A DNA stretch of 64,000 nucleotides from Octopus sinensis (GCF_006345805.1 NC_043011.1:35724464-35788463); one strand, 5' to 3'. Shown: positions 25,441-37,497, numbered from the stretch's first letter. Notes: generated from the letters alone by a model not told the origin. Numbers and translations: made by a program.

Positions 25441-25583
25441 AGTAGATGTTATTAGAATGGTCACATGACACTGTCAGTGAGCAAGGATTTAGATTCCTTC
25501 GTCTTACATTATTCCTTAATAAATAAATTATTTATCAGGAATTTTCCTGGTTCGAGTTGATGCAGTAATATCGCTACAAGTTG

Positions 25584-25632
<49 letters not shown>

Positions 25633-25634
<2 letters not shown>

Positions 25635-25888
25635 CACTTCCATCGAAGACGACGTGTGAGCGTCCAGATTTTGCCGAACGACCTGCACAAATGATTTGTT
25701 TATAGTGATCAAATGTATGTGCTACACATTAGCCCACTCCCTGCATCACATCAGCGTTTCCTGAACAGATGCCCGGCGTGCCACGCGTCATGTGCCGAAG
25801 TGATGGCAGAACAATGTTGTGAGATGAAGTGTTTTGCTCAAGAACACAACGTACCGCCCGGTCTGGGAATTGAAATCACGATCGCTCG
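25633..25888 (-). mobile_element. SINE family D
   Basis: Homologous to 37200-37462. Confidence 0.6.
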
Positions 25889-25889
25889 T

Positions 25890-26090
25890 ATTTCGCAAGA
25901 CATTTCCTGGATTAAGATGTTAAAACGTAGAGTTTCTGGAGAAATTTTGCCTCTTAGGGACAGGAAACATTATCAGAAGGGTTTTGAGCACTTGGGAGAT
26001 TATTGAAAGCTTGTGGATATCCAAGGTTAACAGCTCGCAACCGACTACCCACAAATTCTACCAGGAATAGGAACAAACCTGAGTGAAACT
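25890..26090 (+). mobile_element. 3' end of an RLE-type (R4/Dong-like) non-LTR element
   Basis: LEKFCLLGTGNIIRRVLST resembles the LQKxxLLGTAxIxRxVL terminus; followed by (ACT)n(AAT)n. Confidence 0.55.
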
Positions 26091-26091
26091 G

Positions 26092-26137
<46 letters not shown>

Positions 26138-26198
26138 ATAATAATAATAATAATATATAGGCGCAGGAGTGGCTGTGTGGTAAGTAGCTTGCTTACCT

Positions 26199-27630
26199 TA
26201 CCATTGCGCACGAGCGAGACAGAGTTGTGTTTGACACCGAAGCGTTAAGACGTGCTTTTGATGCCATCTTAAATTGAAGACTTGAAACTTAGCTGTAAGG
26301 TAAGACTTTCTTCTGTCTAATGAGGTCCTGTTGTATGTCGCAATTAATTTTACAAACAAGAAGTCCTCACTGGACTCTAGTCTGCCTGAGGCTGAGTGAA
26401 AAATCTTTTTCACTTAATTGTGAAAATTATTGGTTTGGTGGGCGTATTCTGCCGCAAAATTTTGTTTGAAAATAGTGTTTCAATAATATTGTTCCTGTCA
26501 AGGAGTACCTAGGAGAAGTAATTTGGAATGATTTTTTAACTGTTTTACAAATGCGTTAAAATTTTGGCCTGGAGTACTGAGTGGCCTTTGCTGTGTTTTG
26601 AACTGTTGCTCTCTCTTCATCTACCTTTTATTAAGAAAAAACTCTTTATTGAACTGTTAATTTTTTTCTCTGCTTTTTTGTTTGGACTTTTTCCACGTCC
26701 TTTTTTTCCTTTATTTATATTTTAACAATTGTTTTTTGGACTCTTTAAAAAAAGATCATGGCAAATAACAATGAAAAGTTGGTGGAGTAGGAAATTACAC
26801 CTCCCCAAAAATGGTTAAAAGAACTTCAAAGTAAGGCGGTGGTTTCGAGGACCTACTCTAGGACCCTCGACGCCATTACCGTTTTCAGAAAGGATATAAT
26901 CGAAAGAGGGCTGGCAGAATTTAAGCCAGCGATTAAGTTTATCTCTCTGGGGGGTCAAATACGTAACCGTGTGGTTGTTGTTTGACTCCCCAGAAGTGGC
27001 CGGTGAATTTGCGAGCCAGCCACTGGAGGGCAATGAAATTTTGTTTCTTCCCACTTATTGTGGGACGAAATTGACGAGGGCTTGGGTTTGCGGCTTGCCA
27101 CCCGGAGTTGAACTCGAGTGGATAGGAGATACTATCCGCCGGGGTCTGGATGGCAGTAACACCAAGCTCCTTAGCGTAAATATTCTGCCTGCAGCTGACT
27201 GGGAGGGGTCAAAAGCTGAAAGTCTGGTATTTCCAGACGTTTTGAGAATGGCCTTTCTTGGTATCCGGTGATGCTTGAAGGACGCCCTCCCCCAAGTGTC
27301 ATCGGTGCTTGAAGTCTGGCCACATAAAAAAGAACTGTTCTCAAGGGCAAAGCAAAGTCCTAGAGTGGTTGGCGGAGACCTCTGTAGAGGAGAGAATGAA
27401 GGTGGCCGAGGAGACGGAAGACTCCTCAAAGAGCCGCAAAAGGAAAAAGGTGAGCAATAATGGGTGCTCACCGAAGGATGCTGTGGATGAGCGAGGGGGG
27501 ACAAATCTCCAGGTCACGGAGGAGACGCACCCTTCCCTAGTCGAGAAGAAAAAAGGAGGAAGAGGAGTGAACACCGATAGAATAATCAGGCCAAGAGACC
27601 CGATATAATTGTGGATAACTGTTAAAAGAA
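26199..27630 (+). mobile_element. Decayed Tx1-type ORF1 element inserted in a SINE A head
   Basis: LFDSPEVA...ILFLPTYCGTKLTRAWVCGLPPGVELEWI aligns with both other ORF1s; zinc knuckle CHRCLKSGHIKKNC; SINE A head 26158-26198 ends abruptly. Confidence 0.7.
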
Positions 27631-27639
27631 AATATGTCC

Positions 27640-28000
27640 TTTAAATGGCGTGGACGTAACATTTAATCGTAGCATCTTCTGGAAGGAGTCCCGAAACCTC
27701 AGTAAATATAAAAATCTGATAAATAAAGTTGAGAAAATGTGGCATCTTGAGGCCTGTATAATACTGGAGATTGTCGGTGCACTTGAGATAAGAAAGCGAA
27801 CAAAAATGTATTTGGACCAGATACCCGGAAAGCCATCTCTGCAAGAAATACAGAAAATAGTATTGTCTGACCCTGTACGTATCTTGGGAAGGGAATTACC
27901 GATTTAAATACCTCTTCGTATTAACAAATTTTGCCTCAGGTATCAGGATGACTCTCGGCATGATATGGAAAAGACGCAGAATTCAAACGAAGTTCCAAAT
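27640..28000 (+). mobile_element. 3' end of an RLE-type (R4/Dong-like) non-LTR element
   Basis: KE..LSKYKNL..VEKMW..IVGAL..YLDQIPGKPSLQEIQKIVL..ILGREL; followed by (AAT)n. Confidence 0.75.
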
Positions 28001-28007
28001 CATCATC

Positions 28008-28062
<55 letters not shown>

Positions 28063-28800
28063 TAATAATAATAATAATAATAATCTATGTTATTGCTGTA
28101 ACACATAATTGTATGTGTTACAATACAATTCATATTTAAAAATAAGAAGCATATAGTGCAATTCACCTTATAATGCATATAACTTATTTCTTTAACCTGT
28201 TAATAGAAATTAATGTGACTTTCCTGTTGGTTTTCATATCTTTTCTGAAGAAACGGAGCTGAAAATGGAAATATATAACACCCTGGAGTTGTTGAAACCA
28301 CTTAATCATAAAGCTTTTGTGTTATGGAACATCTTCTAAATGAATATCAAATCGAAATGAAGAGAGAATATGGGAGAGAAAATCAAAAACAAACATCATT
28401 ATTTATTATGCGATACGAGCGAGTGCTTTGTAAAGATTGTTTCCAAAGTCAAATAAATAAAGTTGACATTCCATTGTTTTATTATTGCAACCACTTTGGA
28501 AAGCATGGCGACACTTAAATTCTCAAGTATTCAAGTATTCTTTTTCTTGAAGCGTATGTTTGATTTCGTTACTGAATCGTTTACAGAACACATTGAAAAC
28601 GTCAAGTACTGCCTCTGGTGGTGGTGTGTTTCCAATGTTAATATACTTTCTGTGATTAAATTCGATTTCACGTTAGAGAATTTACATGGTTATAAATGAA
28701 AATTCTGATTTTCTGATATAAGCACAAGGCCTCGAAATTTAGGGAATGTTCTGTAGTCGATTATATTGATAACAATTCTTGACTGAAAATTAATATTTTA

Positions 28801-29082
28801 AAATCTCATAACGTGAGATATTCAGCAACAGTACTTTCTAGTAAAGATTGTTTGCCAACATAACATGGTAGTCCTGGTTTAGGATTAATGTTGCTGTAAT
28901 TTAGCCCCAGGGGACATCGTCTCCAGCAGGCTATACAACATGATCTGTGTCCTAACATGTTCGACAATGTAAGGACACAGATCGTGAAGTATAGTCAGCT
29001 GGATACGATGTCCCCTGGGGCTAAATTACAGCAACATTAATCTTAAACCAGGACTGCCATGTTATGTTGGCAAACAATCTTT
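28801..29082. repeat. Fold-back element copy 2 (near-perfect ~240-nt hairpin)
   Basis: Arms 28843-28955 and 28969-29082. Confidence 0.85.
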
Positions 29083-29242
29083 AATACTTGACTGGTACTT
29101 TATTTTATCGACCCTGGAAGGATGGAATGCAAAATGGTCCTCCGCTGTATTTCGAATCAGAATAAAAAGTATCACAAATGCGTTTTTGCGTCAGACCAAT
29201 TCCGTAATTTAATTCAATGCCATGTTTACTAACGAAAATACT

Positions 29243-29456
29243 GGTTTCAAATTTTGGCACAAGGACAGCAATTTTGAGGAAGGAGCAAAGATGACTACAT
29301 CGACCCCAGTCCACAACTGATACTTATTTTATCGATACCGAAAAGATGAAAGGCAAAATCAACCTCGGTGAATTTGAACCCAGAGCATAGAGGCGGACGA
29401 AATACCACTAAGCATTTTGCCTGGCGTGCTTGGGATTCTGTTAGCTAGTCGCCGTC
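29243..29456 (-). mobile_element. SINE family C monomer
   Basis: Core plus tail B; TSD ttactaacgaaaata. Confidence 0.8.
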
Positions 29457-29976
29457 TTACTAACGAAAATAATAAAATAGCTTTCTATCTTCAGGTTATG
29501 AGACGTTGTGGCGTAGCCGTTTTGGCGTCGCCGATTAGGCGCTGAATTATTTGGCATCAGGCATGTAAATGTTTTTCTAGTTTTCTCCTCCTTTTCACTG
29601 TTCATGTTCGCGAGCATCTAGTAATGTTTATATATATATATATATATATACGCATATGTGTGTGTGTGTGAGAGAGAGAGAGTGTATGTATATATATATA
29701 AATATATACTTCGATATTTTTTCTCCTTATCTGCGTGTGTTGAGAGTATTGCTGTCTGGGAGATGTGTTATGGTAGTGGAGTACTATTTAACTACTATTT
29801 CTAAATTTCGGTATGTGTTGAAGCAATTTTTGCTGAACCCTAATTAAAAATTATGCTTATAATTATAGAATTTTTGTATCAGGTTACCGATAATGGTTAA
29901 TTTAACATAGCGAACTACTTTGTAAAATTATTAATTGTTAATTGATTAATTAATTTTACCCTTTATTATTATTGAT

Positions 29977-30014
<38 letters not shown>

Positions 30015-30347
30015 CCTCTCTCTCCCTACCTCTCTCCCTCTCTTTGTCGGTCTATCTATATGTGTATATTTCTGCGCATATATGCCCGTGTGTGTGTGTG
30101 TAGTATGTTTACTTCTAGCGCCAAAACGATCTGTCGCCAAAATGGATGGAATATCCAGTCAGTCGCGTCAAATTACCAGCATCCAAACAGCCGCACTCAT
30201 TCGTCTCCTTCCATTGTCCTCATGAGTTTCAGAATACAAATAAAGGTATCAAGAAAGATTGGAAAATAAATAAATAAATAAATAAATAATAATAATGATG
30301 ATAATAATAATAATAATAATAATATAATAATAATAATAATAATAATC

Positions 30348-30380
<33 letters not shown>

Positions 30381-30381
<1 letters not shown>

Positions 30382-30927
30382 TACAGTACCAGGCAGTAGC
30401 TCTCATGGCTTCTGATCTTAACTGATTGGAAGTGTTATCATGTACATTGTTTTATCTTGGTATAAAAGATGGGCTACAGCAAATATTCTGCTCAATACCA
30501 CAGATTTGCTTGTCAGTTGTTTGACCTTAACCAGTTGAGCATGTCCCTTAGTGGCTGACGATATTTGCATCTCTGATCACGAGCAGAAGTAGTGGGGGAG
30601 CATCATAGCCATGTGTTGAGAGGGATTCTTTGGGGTTTGAATAATTCACCTCAGGAAACACGGGTGGTTCTTTCAACATCCTTAAACAACACTTATTCAG
30701 GGACCTTTGAGTGGGATGGGCTACTCAACCTGAAGAAAATTCTAACTGGGCACCACCTGCAAGGTCATGTGCTGTTTATCTTGATATGAGATCACCATGT
30801 CGCGCACATATGGTTGTGATGCATGTGCCTGGTGTACCCTTAACAGACGGGTAGTCATGATGGGTATACTGGGCTTCGTATATTTTACCCCAGTGTCACT
30901 TTGATGGCATGAACTACTCTCTCACTC

Positions 30928-30928
<1 letters not shown>
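30381..30928. mobile_element. ~550-bp non-coding insertion inside (AAT)n
   Basis: Complex sequence flanked on both sides by (AAT)n; no recognisable ORF. Confidence 0.5.
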
Positions 30929-30965
<37 letters not shown>

Positions 30966-31002
30966 GAATAATAATAATAATAATGATAATGTTAATAATA
31001 AT

Positions 31003-31860
31003 AGGCGTAGGAATGACTTTGTGGTAAATAGCTTGCTTACCAACCACGTGGTTCGGAGTTCAGTTCCACTGCGTGGCACATTGGGCAAATGTCTTCTACT
31101 ATAGCCTTGGGCCGACCAAAGCCTTGTGAGTGGATTTCGTGGACGGAAACTGAAAGGAGCCCGTCGTATGTATGTATGTATGTATGTATGTATGTATGTA
31201 TGTATGTAGCAACATATGGATGCGAGACCTGGACACTAAAAAAAGCTGACCAAAAGAGAATTAATGCATTCGAGCTTTAGTGTTGGAGAAGACTTTTACG
31301 GATTCCATGGACAGCGAGGCTCACCAATGTAGAAGTTCTTAAGCAGATCAGGCCGAAAATGTCGCTAGAAGCTAGGATCACCAAGCATAGATTGGCATAT
31401 TTTGCGGAGAAAATCCCTGGAGAAGGACATCATGCTCGGAATGGTCAGTGACTAGAGAGGAAGAGGCCGACCAAGAACCCGCTGGCTTGACACCATCAAG
31501 AGTGATACCGGAATGGACATAGCCAATCTGAAAGAAGCGGCCCAGGATAGAACTGACTGGAGGACACTGATCCAACGAGTAACCGAGAGTCGACTTTGAC
31601 TGAGTGTATGTATGTATGTATGTATGTATGTATGTGTATGTATGTGTGTGTATATGTTTGTGTGTCTGTGTTTGTCCCCCAACATCGCTTGACAGCCGAT
31701 GCTGGTGTGTTTTCTTCCCCGTAACTTAGCGGTTCAGCAAAAGAGACCAATAGAATAAGTACTAGGCTTACAAAGAATAAGTCCTGGGGTCGATTTGCTC
31801 GACTAAAGGCAGCGCTTCAGTGAAATGACTGAAACAAGTAAAAGAGTAAAGAGTAAAGAG
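31003..31860 (+). mobile_element. SINE family A, full length, with RTE insertion
   Basis: Head, central microsatellite, tail ...atgactgaaacaagtaaaag. Confidence 0.85.
31205..31603 (+). mobile_element. RTE-clade (BovB-like) LINE 3' fragment
   Basis: YGCETWTLKKADQKRINAFEL*CWRRLLRIPWTAR...LEKDIMLG...RGRPRTRWLDTIK...DRTDWR; inside (TATG)n. Confidence 0.9.
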
Positions 31861-32321
31861 AGTATGATAAATAAATTAAAAACTGTAACTTCGTCAGATG
31901 CTAAATCATTACACACGCGACTAATTTTGAGTTCTTCACTTCCATTTTGGAAATATTCTCAGTTTTACTTTTGATTTTACGAATTACTGACATCTAGACA
32001 TAAATTCTCATCATAATACAGAAAACGTTTACAATTACCCTGCGGGATGTTAACAAATTTCAGGTGCTTTTGAAGTTACTAAATGTCTACTCATGCGTGA
32101 ATGAGCAAATTAGACATCGGAGCAAAAGCAAATAGTTCTAGAAATAGGCGAGAACTTGACAATCAAGTAAATCATTCTTAACCGATAAGTGTAAGTATGG
32201 TTGAAGTAGTTAATTTCGCAATCGTGTTACTCCGTGTTCGATTCCAGTGCGTGACGCGTTGGTAGTGGGAGGACAAGTGTTTTCTATCTTAGACACAGAT
32301 TGATTACAATATCAAATGAGT

Positions 32322-32725
32322 GGCGGCGATTTGGCAGAAACGTTAGCGTGCTGAGCGAAATTCTTAACGGTATTACGGCTGCCGTTACGTTCTGAGTCCA
32401 AATTCCGCCGAGGTCGACTTTGCCTTTCATCCTTTCGAGGTCGATTAAATAAGTACCAGTTACGCACTGGAGTCGATATAATCGACTTAATCCGTTTGTC
32501 TGTTCTTGTTTGTCCTCTCTGTGTTTAGCCCCTTGTGGGTAGTAAAGAAATAAGTATTTCGTCTGCCGCAACGTTCTGAGTTCAAATCCCACCGAGGTCG
32601 ACTTTGCATTTCATCCTTTCGGGGCCGATTAAATAAGTACCAGTTACGCACTGGGGTCGACCTAATCGACTTAATCCCTTTGTTTGTCCTTTCTATGTTT
32701 AGCCGCTTGTGGGCAATAAAGAAAT
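32322..32725 (+). mobile_element. SINE family C dimer with two A tails
   Basis: TSD aatatcaaatgRgt flanks the whole dimer. Confidence 0.85.
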
Positions 32726-32769
32726 AAATATCAAATGGGTGTAGCTTGTTAGACGGAAACTGAGCGGCG

Positions 32770-33370
32770 TCAGGTTTAGATGTGGGGTTAAGAAGCTCGC
32801 TTTACAACCATGTGGTTTTAAGTTCAGTCTCGGTGCGTGGTACCTTGTGACAATGTATCTCCAGGCTGTGCTATGCTTTTAAAGTGAATTTGGTAAACGT
32901 AAACTGCATGATCATTCGTCGTACCCCCCCACCCAACACACATATATAATATATACGTGTGTGAGTGTATCTTTGTGTTTGTCCCCAACCCCGCTTGGCA
33001 CTCGGTATTACTCTACTTACGACCCCCGTAACTTAGCAGTTCGGCTATAAGTAACAGATGTAAAAAGTAACTGGAAGTATTGAGGGCGAATTTTTCGACT
33101 AAACTCTCCAACTCGATGCTCCCTGCATGGACGCCATTCAATGAATGAAACAAGCAAACGAATAAAAAAAATACGTGTATGTCTATAAGATATATTTTAT
33201 TTATATTCGTTATTCGTAAAAGGGAAGATACTTTTCTAAAAGTACGATAAAACGATGAATAGAGTTCGATAAAACGAGAACCGGACTTAATATTGGGATA
33301 TTTCGACTAGAACACCTGAATGCGGTGTGTCAGCATGGTTGCAGTCCATTGACTTGAAACAAGTGAAATT
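32770..33370 (+). mobile_element. Degenerate SINE family A plus extra tail
   Basis: Diverged head, body and two tails. Confidence 0.65.
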
Positions 33371-33472
33371 AGATAAAAAAAAAGAAAACAATTCTAATCG
33401 AAAACTGTCATGCATAGTACGGAATTTTGTCAGTGAACAGGTCGCGGTCTCAAAGCGACGAAAATATTTTGA

Positions 33473-35154
33473 GGACGTCGGTTGTTATTTTTGAACGCTC
33501 ATGAAATTGTGTAAAAAAGAAGAAAAAGTAAGTTGGAAAATTGTTGTTGTTGAATTTTGTTGTACGTTTGTTGATACGGTTTCGTGTTATACTGTTTCTG
33601 TTCTGGCGGCCGTTGTCTGTCTGTGTGAGACAGACAAGAGGATATGGACGACCCCTCTCTGATGGAAGAGTCGGAGGAGGAATGGTTTTTCGAGACCTTG
33701 TCGGAGGCACCGACCTCTGAGGACGAGCTGACCGGCGCTGTGAATAATATTAAAACCGGGAAGACGTACGCGGGAGCTGCAAAAAAGAAGACGACGGAGG
33801 AAAAGGAGATAAACCTAGAAAAATTGCCAGGTTTTCAAGCTTACATAGCTAAAGCAGGTGGTGAGGTAAAACTACTTCCACCAGAGAAACGAGAAGAATG
33901 ATTTATGAAGAGGATTATAAAATACCGGACATATGGAAAGGATAACAGGAAAGTAGAAATAATAAAAATGGAAGATATTGAGGAGGCGCTGAGAAGAGAG
34001 AAGGAAGAAATCACATTCATGACACGAGGAAACGAGTTCGGAACTATAATAGTGCAGTTCGAAAGCAAAAATATAGCAAGGAAAATGGCAACAAAGACAA
34101 TAAAAACTGAAAAAGTAATATTGTTACCTTCCTACATGAACCAAAGAATAAATAGAATAAGAGTTGAAGGGATACCCCTCCCCCACATAGAGGGTGAATG
34201 GGTTGTCGCGGCGATTATAAAAGATGTGGAAGAAGAGACGGACATTTTACAAGCGACCGTAAAAAATGAAGGTTTACGTGGCAAAACGCTAGAAATGAGC
34301 GTTCAAGCAGAGGAGGGTGCACTGGAGAAGATGGCGGACAGCATAATTTTAGGGAATATAGTAATGAGAGTGTGGGTGGATTGCAGAGCACCAAGGTGCT
34401 ATAAATGTGGCCTGAGGGGCCACATAAGAGCCTACTGCCCTCCCCCACAAAAAGAAACAGTGATCCAGGAAGAGGAGGAGACGGAGCCGGAAAAAGTTGA
34501 GGAGGAAGAATCTGATGAGGAGAATGAGGCCCAAACTGAGTGGGAAGACGTAAGGAAAAAAAGAAGAAGGAAAGTGAACTTTATCGAACCCCAATCCACC
34601 CCAACACCACCCGCACCCTCTGAACCCCATCCTTCCCCTGCAAACAAAGATCCCACCCACTCCCCGCCTACAAGAAAACCTAAAAACGCAGACATACAGA
34701 GTAAACAAGAGCCCAAGTCCCATTTTTTATGTTTTGTAAAAAAAAAGGAAGACAATGAGAACACACAAGACTCTTTGGTAAAGAAGCATGGCATGAGGAA
34801 GAAGATGGGAGTTACTTGGTGGTGGAAGGTGAAGTAATGGACATAAGGAAGATGTGTGTAATATGAGGGCGTAAAAGCGATTGAGATGGAATTTTCGAAT
34901 GAGAAGATAAAAGAGTATGAAAGGATATTTGAGATAGTATTAAGAAAAGAGAGGCTTTTGATTGGAGATGATAGGTGACGAGGGGTTGTGAAGGACAGGT
35001 AAGTGGTGCTGGCGGATGGGGCCGTCAGCATCGCTTTCATATTATCACTATCATTCTAAAAATTCATTCTCCATACTATTAATTATAATGTTCTATGTCC
35101 CCAATGTCTTGTGGTGTCCCCTCTGTGTCGCCCCTAGTGGGTAATAAAGAAAGA
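33473..35154 (+). mobile_element. ORF1-only non-autonomous Tx1/L1-type retroelement (HAL1-like), 1682 bp
   Basis: 13-bp TSD gaaaatattttga; single gag-like ORF; no RT or endonuclease; 3' tail shared with the Tx1 LINE. Confidence 0.85.
33644..34837 (+). pseudogene. Tx1-type ORF1 (RRM-like region plus CCHC knuckle), one in-frame stop at 33899-33901
   Basis: ORFs 33644-33901 and 33905-34837 are in the same frame; CYKCGLRGHIRAYC; WEDVRKKRRRK. Confidence 0.8.
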
Positions 35155-36197
35155 GAAAATATTTTGACAAATTAAATTTAAATGTTGAAGTGAATTTAAC
35201 GGATTTTGTGTGTTTCTTAAATGGCTTATAAACACCTTCCACACTGCAATTGTTTTCGTTCCAGCACACGATCTCAGATCAGGTCATTTGCTATGCAAGT
35301 ACATCTCCGTAACAAATGTATGTGTTTCCTCTTTCATTATGTCAATCTACGTACAACGTAACAGACATCATTAAACTACTGCAACGTAACTGTCACATGC
35401 TTTGATTGAAATCCAAATCTCTCAGTTGCACTGTCTCATGTACTTCTCGCATATCTCAGCTCTCTTCTGTCTCACATACATCGCACGTCTCTTGGCGATA
35501 TACTGCTACCAATTTCAACACGAAAAGTTGTGTCTGTACTTTGTCTAGTCATTCCCCGCTATCACTAATAGCAAAAGGACTTCCAAATACTTTTGGTTTA
35601 TAGTCTCTTTAAATTAAATGTAATTTATATATCTCTTTCTCTGCTAACACCTCTTACTACCACCAAATATTTGATAAGAATTTCGCCTCCCACTTTCTCT
35701 TCTAGTCATGAACTAGAAAATTCAGCATTCACAAATGCGTTTCTTTGGTGAATACATATCGAAACTAGGATAAACTATAAAATGGAATTTTGTGGCTAAG
35801 CTTCTTTTAAAGAAGGAAAATATTGAGCTTTAAATACCATAAACAACAGATAAATTTCAGATGTAATGGTGGATTTTCAATTTCAGCAGAAGCACACGTC
35901 ATAAGCTCGTTAAGGTTAAACTACTATCACACACCCGCCTCCAATTTTTCATATCTATTTGTTCTATCATAATAATGCTACCCCGGTCAGATAATGAAAA
36001 ATGCAAGCCATTCACCCTGAAAAATTGAGCAGTCAAATGGTTATTCAGATAAGTATCATGGCTTTTAATAAATAAATATAATTATTCTTTTATTCGTTTA
36101 CTTTTTTCAGTCGTTAAACTGCGGCCATGCTGGAGCACCAACCTCAAGAATTCTAGTCGATCTGGAGCCTATAGGCGACTGTAAAATACGTGCAGTG

Positions 36198-36765
36198 AAA
36201 GGCGGCGAGCTGGCAGAAACGTTAGTACGCCGGGCGAAATGCGTTGCCGTATTTCGTCTGCCGTTACGTTCTGAGTTCAAATTCCGCCGAGGTCGACTTT
36301 GCCTTTCGTCCTTTCGGGGTCGATAAATTAAGTACCAATTATGCACTGGCGTCGATGTAATCGACTTAATCCGTTTGTCTGTCCTTGTTTGTCCCTTTTG
36401 TTTAGCCTCTTGTGGGTAGTAAACAAATAGGTATTTTAGAATGGCTGCGAGCTGGCAGAAACTTTAGCACGCCGGGCGAAATGCTTAGTGGTATTTCGTC
36501 TGCCGCTACGTTCTGTGTTCAAATTTCGCCGAGGTCGACTTTGCCTTTCATCCTTTCGGGGTTGATTGAATAAGTATCAGTTACGCACTGGGGTCGATAT
36601 AATCGAATTAATCCGTTTGTCTGTCCTTGTTTGTTCTCTTTGTGTTTAGCCTCTTGTGTGTAGTAAAGAAGTAGGTACCAGTTACGCATTTGGGTCGATA
36701 TAATCGACTGGCCCCCTTCCACCAAAATTTCGGGCCTTGTGCCTAGAGTAAAACGAAAGAAGGAA
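36198..36765 (+). mobile_element. SINE family C multimer
   Basis: Two full A-tail units plus a B tail. Confidence 0.85.
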
Positions 36766-36965
36766 TACGTCTAGTGGGTGTACTCCTGTGTGACTTTGAA
36801 TACATGTTATGTATGCTGTCAGTACTTGTGACTGTGTGCATAACGGGTATAACAAACCCGTATTTAGTCAGTAACCGTTGTTAATGAGCTGATGCGCTAT
36901 CTCCGACTCTACCTTGGTGACGTTACTATTTAAATACCTGATTCTATCGGATCCTGAAAAATATA

Positions 36966-37168
36966 CAGCACGGAATTTTGTCAGTGATCAGGTCGCGGTC
37001 TCATAGCGATGAAAATATTTTGGCAAATTAAATTTATATGTTGAAATGAATCTAACTGATTTTGTGTGTTTCTTAAATGGCTTATAAACATCTTCCACGC
37101 AGCAATTGTTTTTGTTTCAACACACGATCTCAGATCAGGTCACTTGCTATGCAAGTACATCTCCGTAA
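36966..37168 (+). repeat. G3:C8-hammerhead repeat, copy 2 (empty site)
   Basis: Colinear with the two halves of copy 1. Confidence 0.85.
36977..37027 (+). ncRNA. Hammerhead motif with reciprocal G3:C8 core
   Basis: tttgtca GTGATCA g gtcgc-ggtctcata-gcgat GAAA atat TT tggcaaa. Confidence 0.7.
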
Positions 37169-37199
37169 TCCTGAAAATTATATTTTATATATACGATGG

Positions 37200-37462
37200 A
37201 CTCTCCCGTCGAAGACGACGTATGTGTGTTCAGCTTTTTGTCGGAAGACCTGCGCGAATGAATTGTTTATAGTGATCAAATGTTCATGCCATGCATTAGC
37301 TTCCTCCCTCCATCAAATTGATGTTTCCTGCGCAAGTTCATGGTGTACCACACGTCAAGTGTGTCAAAGTGATCTCAAAGCAACGTGAGGTGAAATGTTT
37401 TGTTCAAGAACAAAATGCTCCGGAATTGCAACCACAATCGCTTACACTAGGCCCATGCACCC
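37200..37462 (-). mobile_element. SINE family D
   Basis: Homologous to 25633-25888. Confidence 0.6.
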
Positions 37463-37464
37463 TC

Positions 37465-37497
<33 letters not shown>

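Larger units (their letters stand above)
33415..35312 (+). repeat. G3:C8-hammerhead repeat, copy 1, split by an ORF1-only insertion
   Basis: 33415-33472 plus 35155-35312 reconstitute the intact copy at 36966-37168. Confidence 0.85.
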
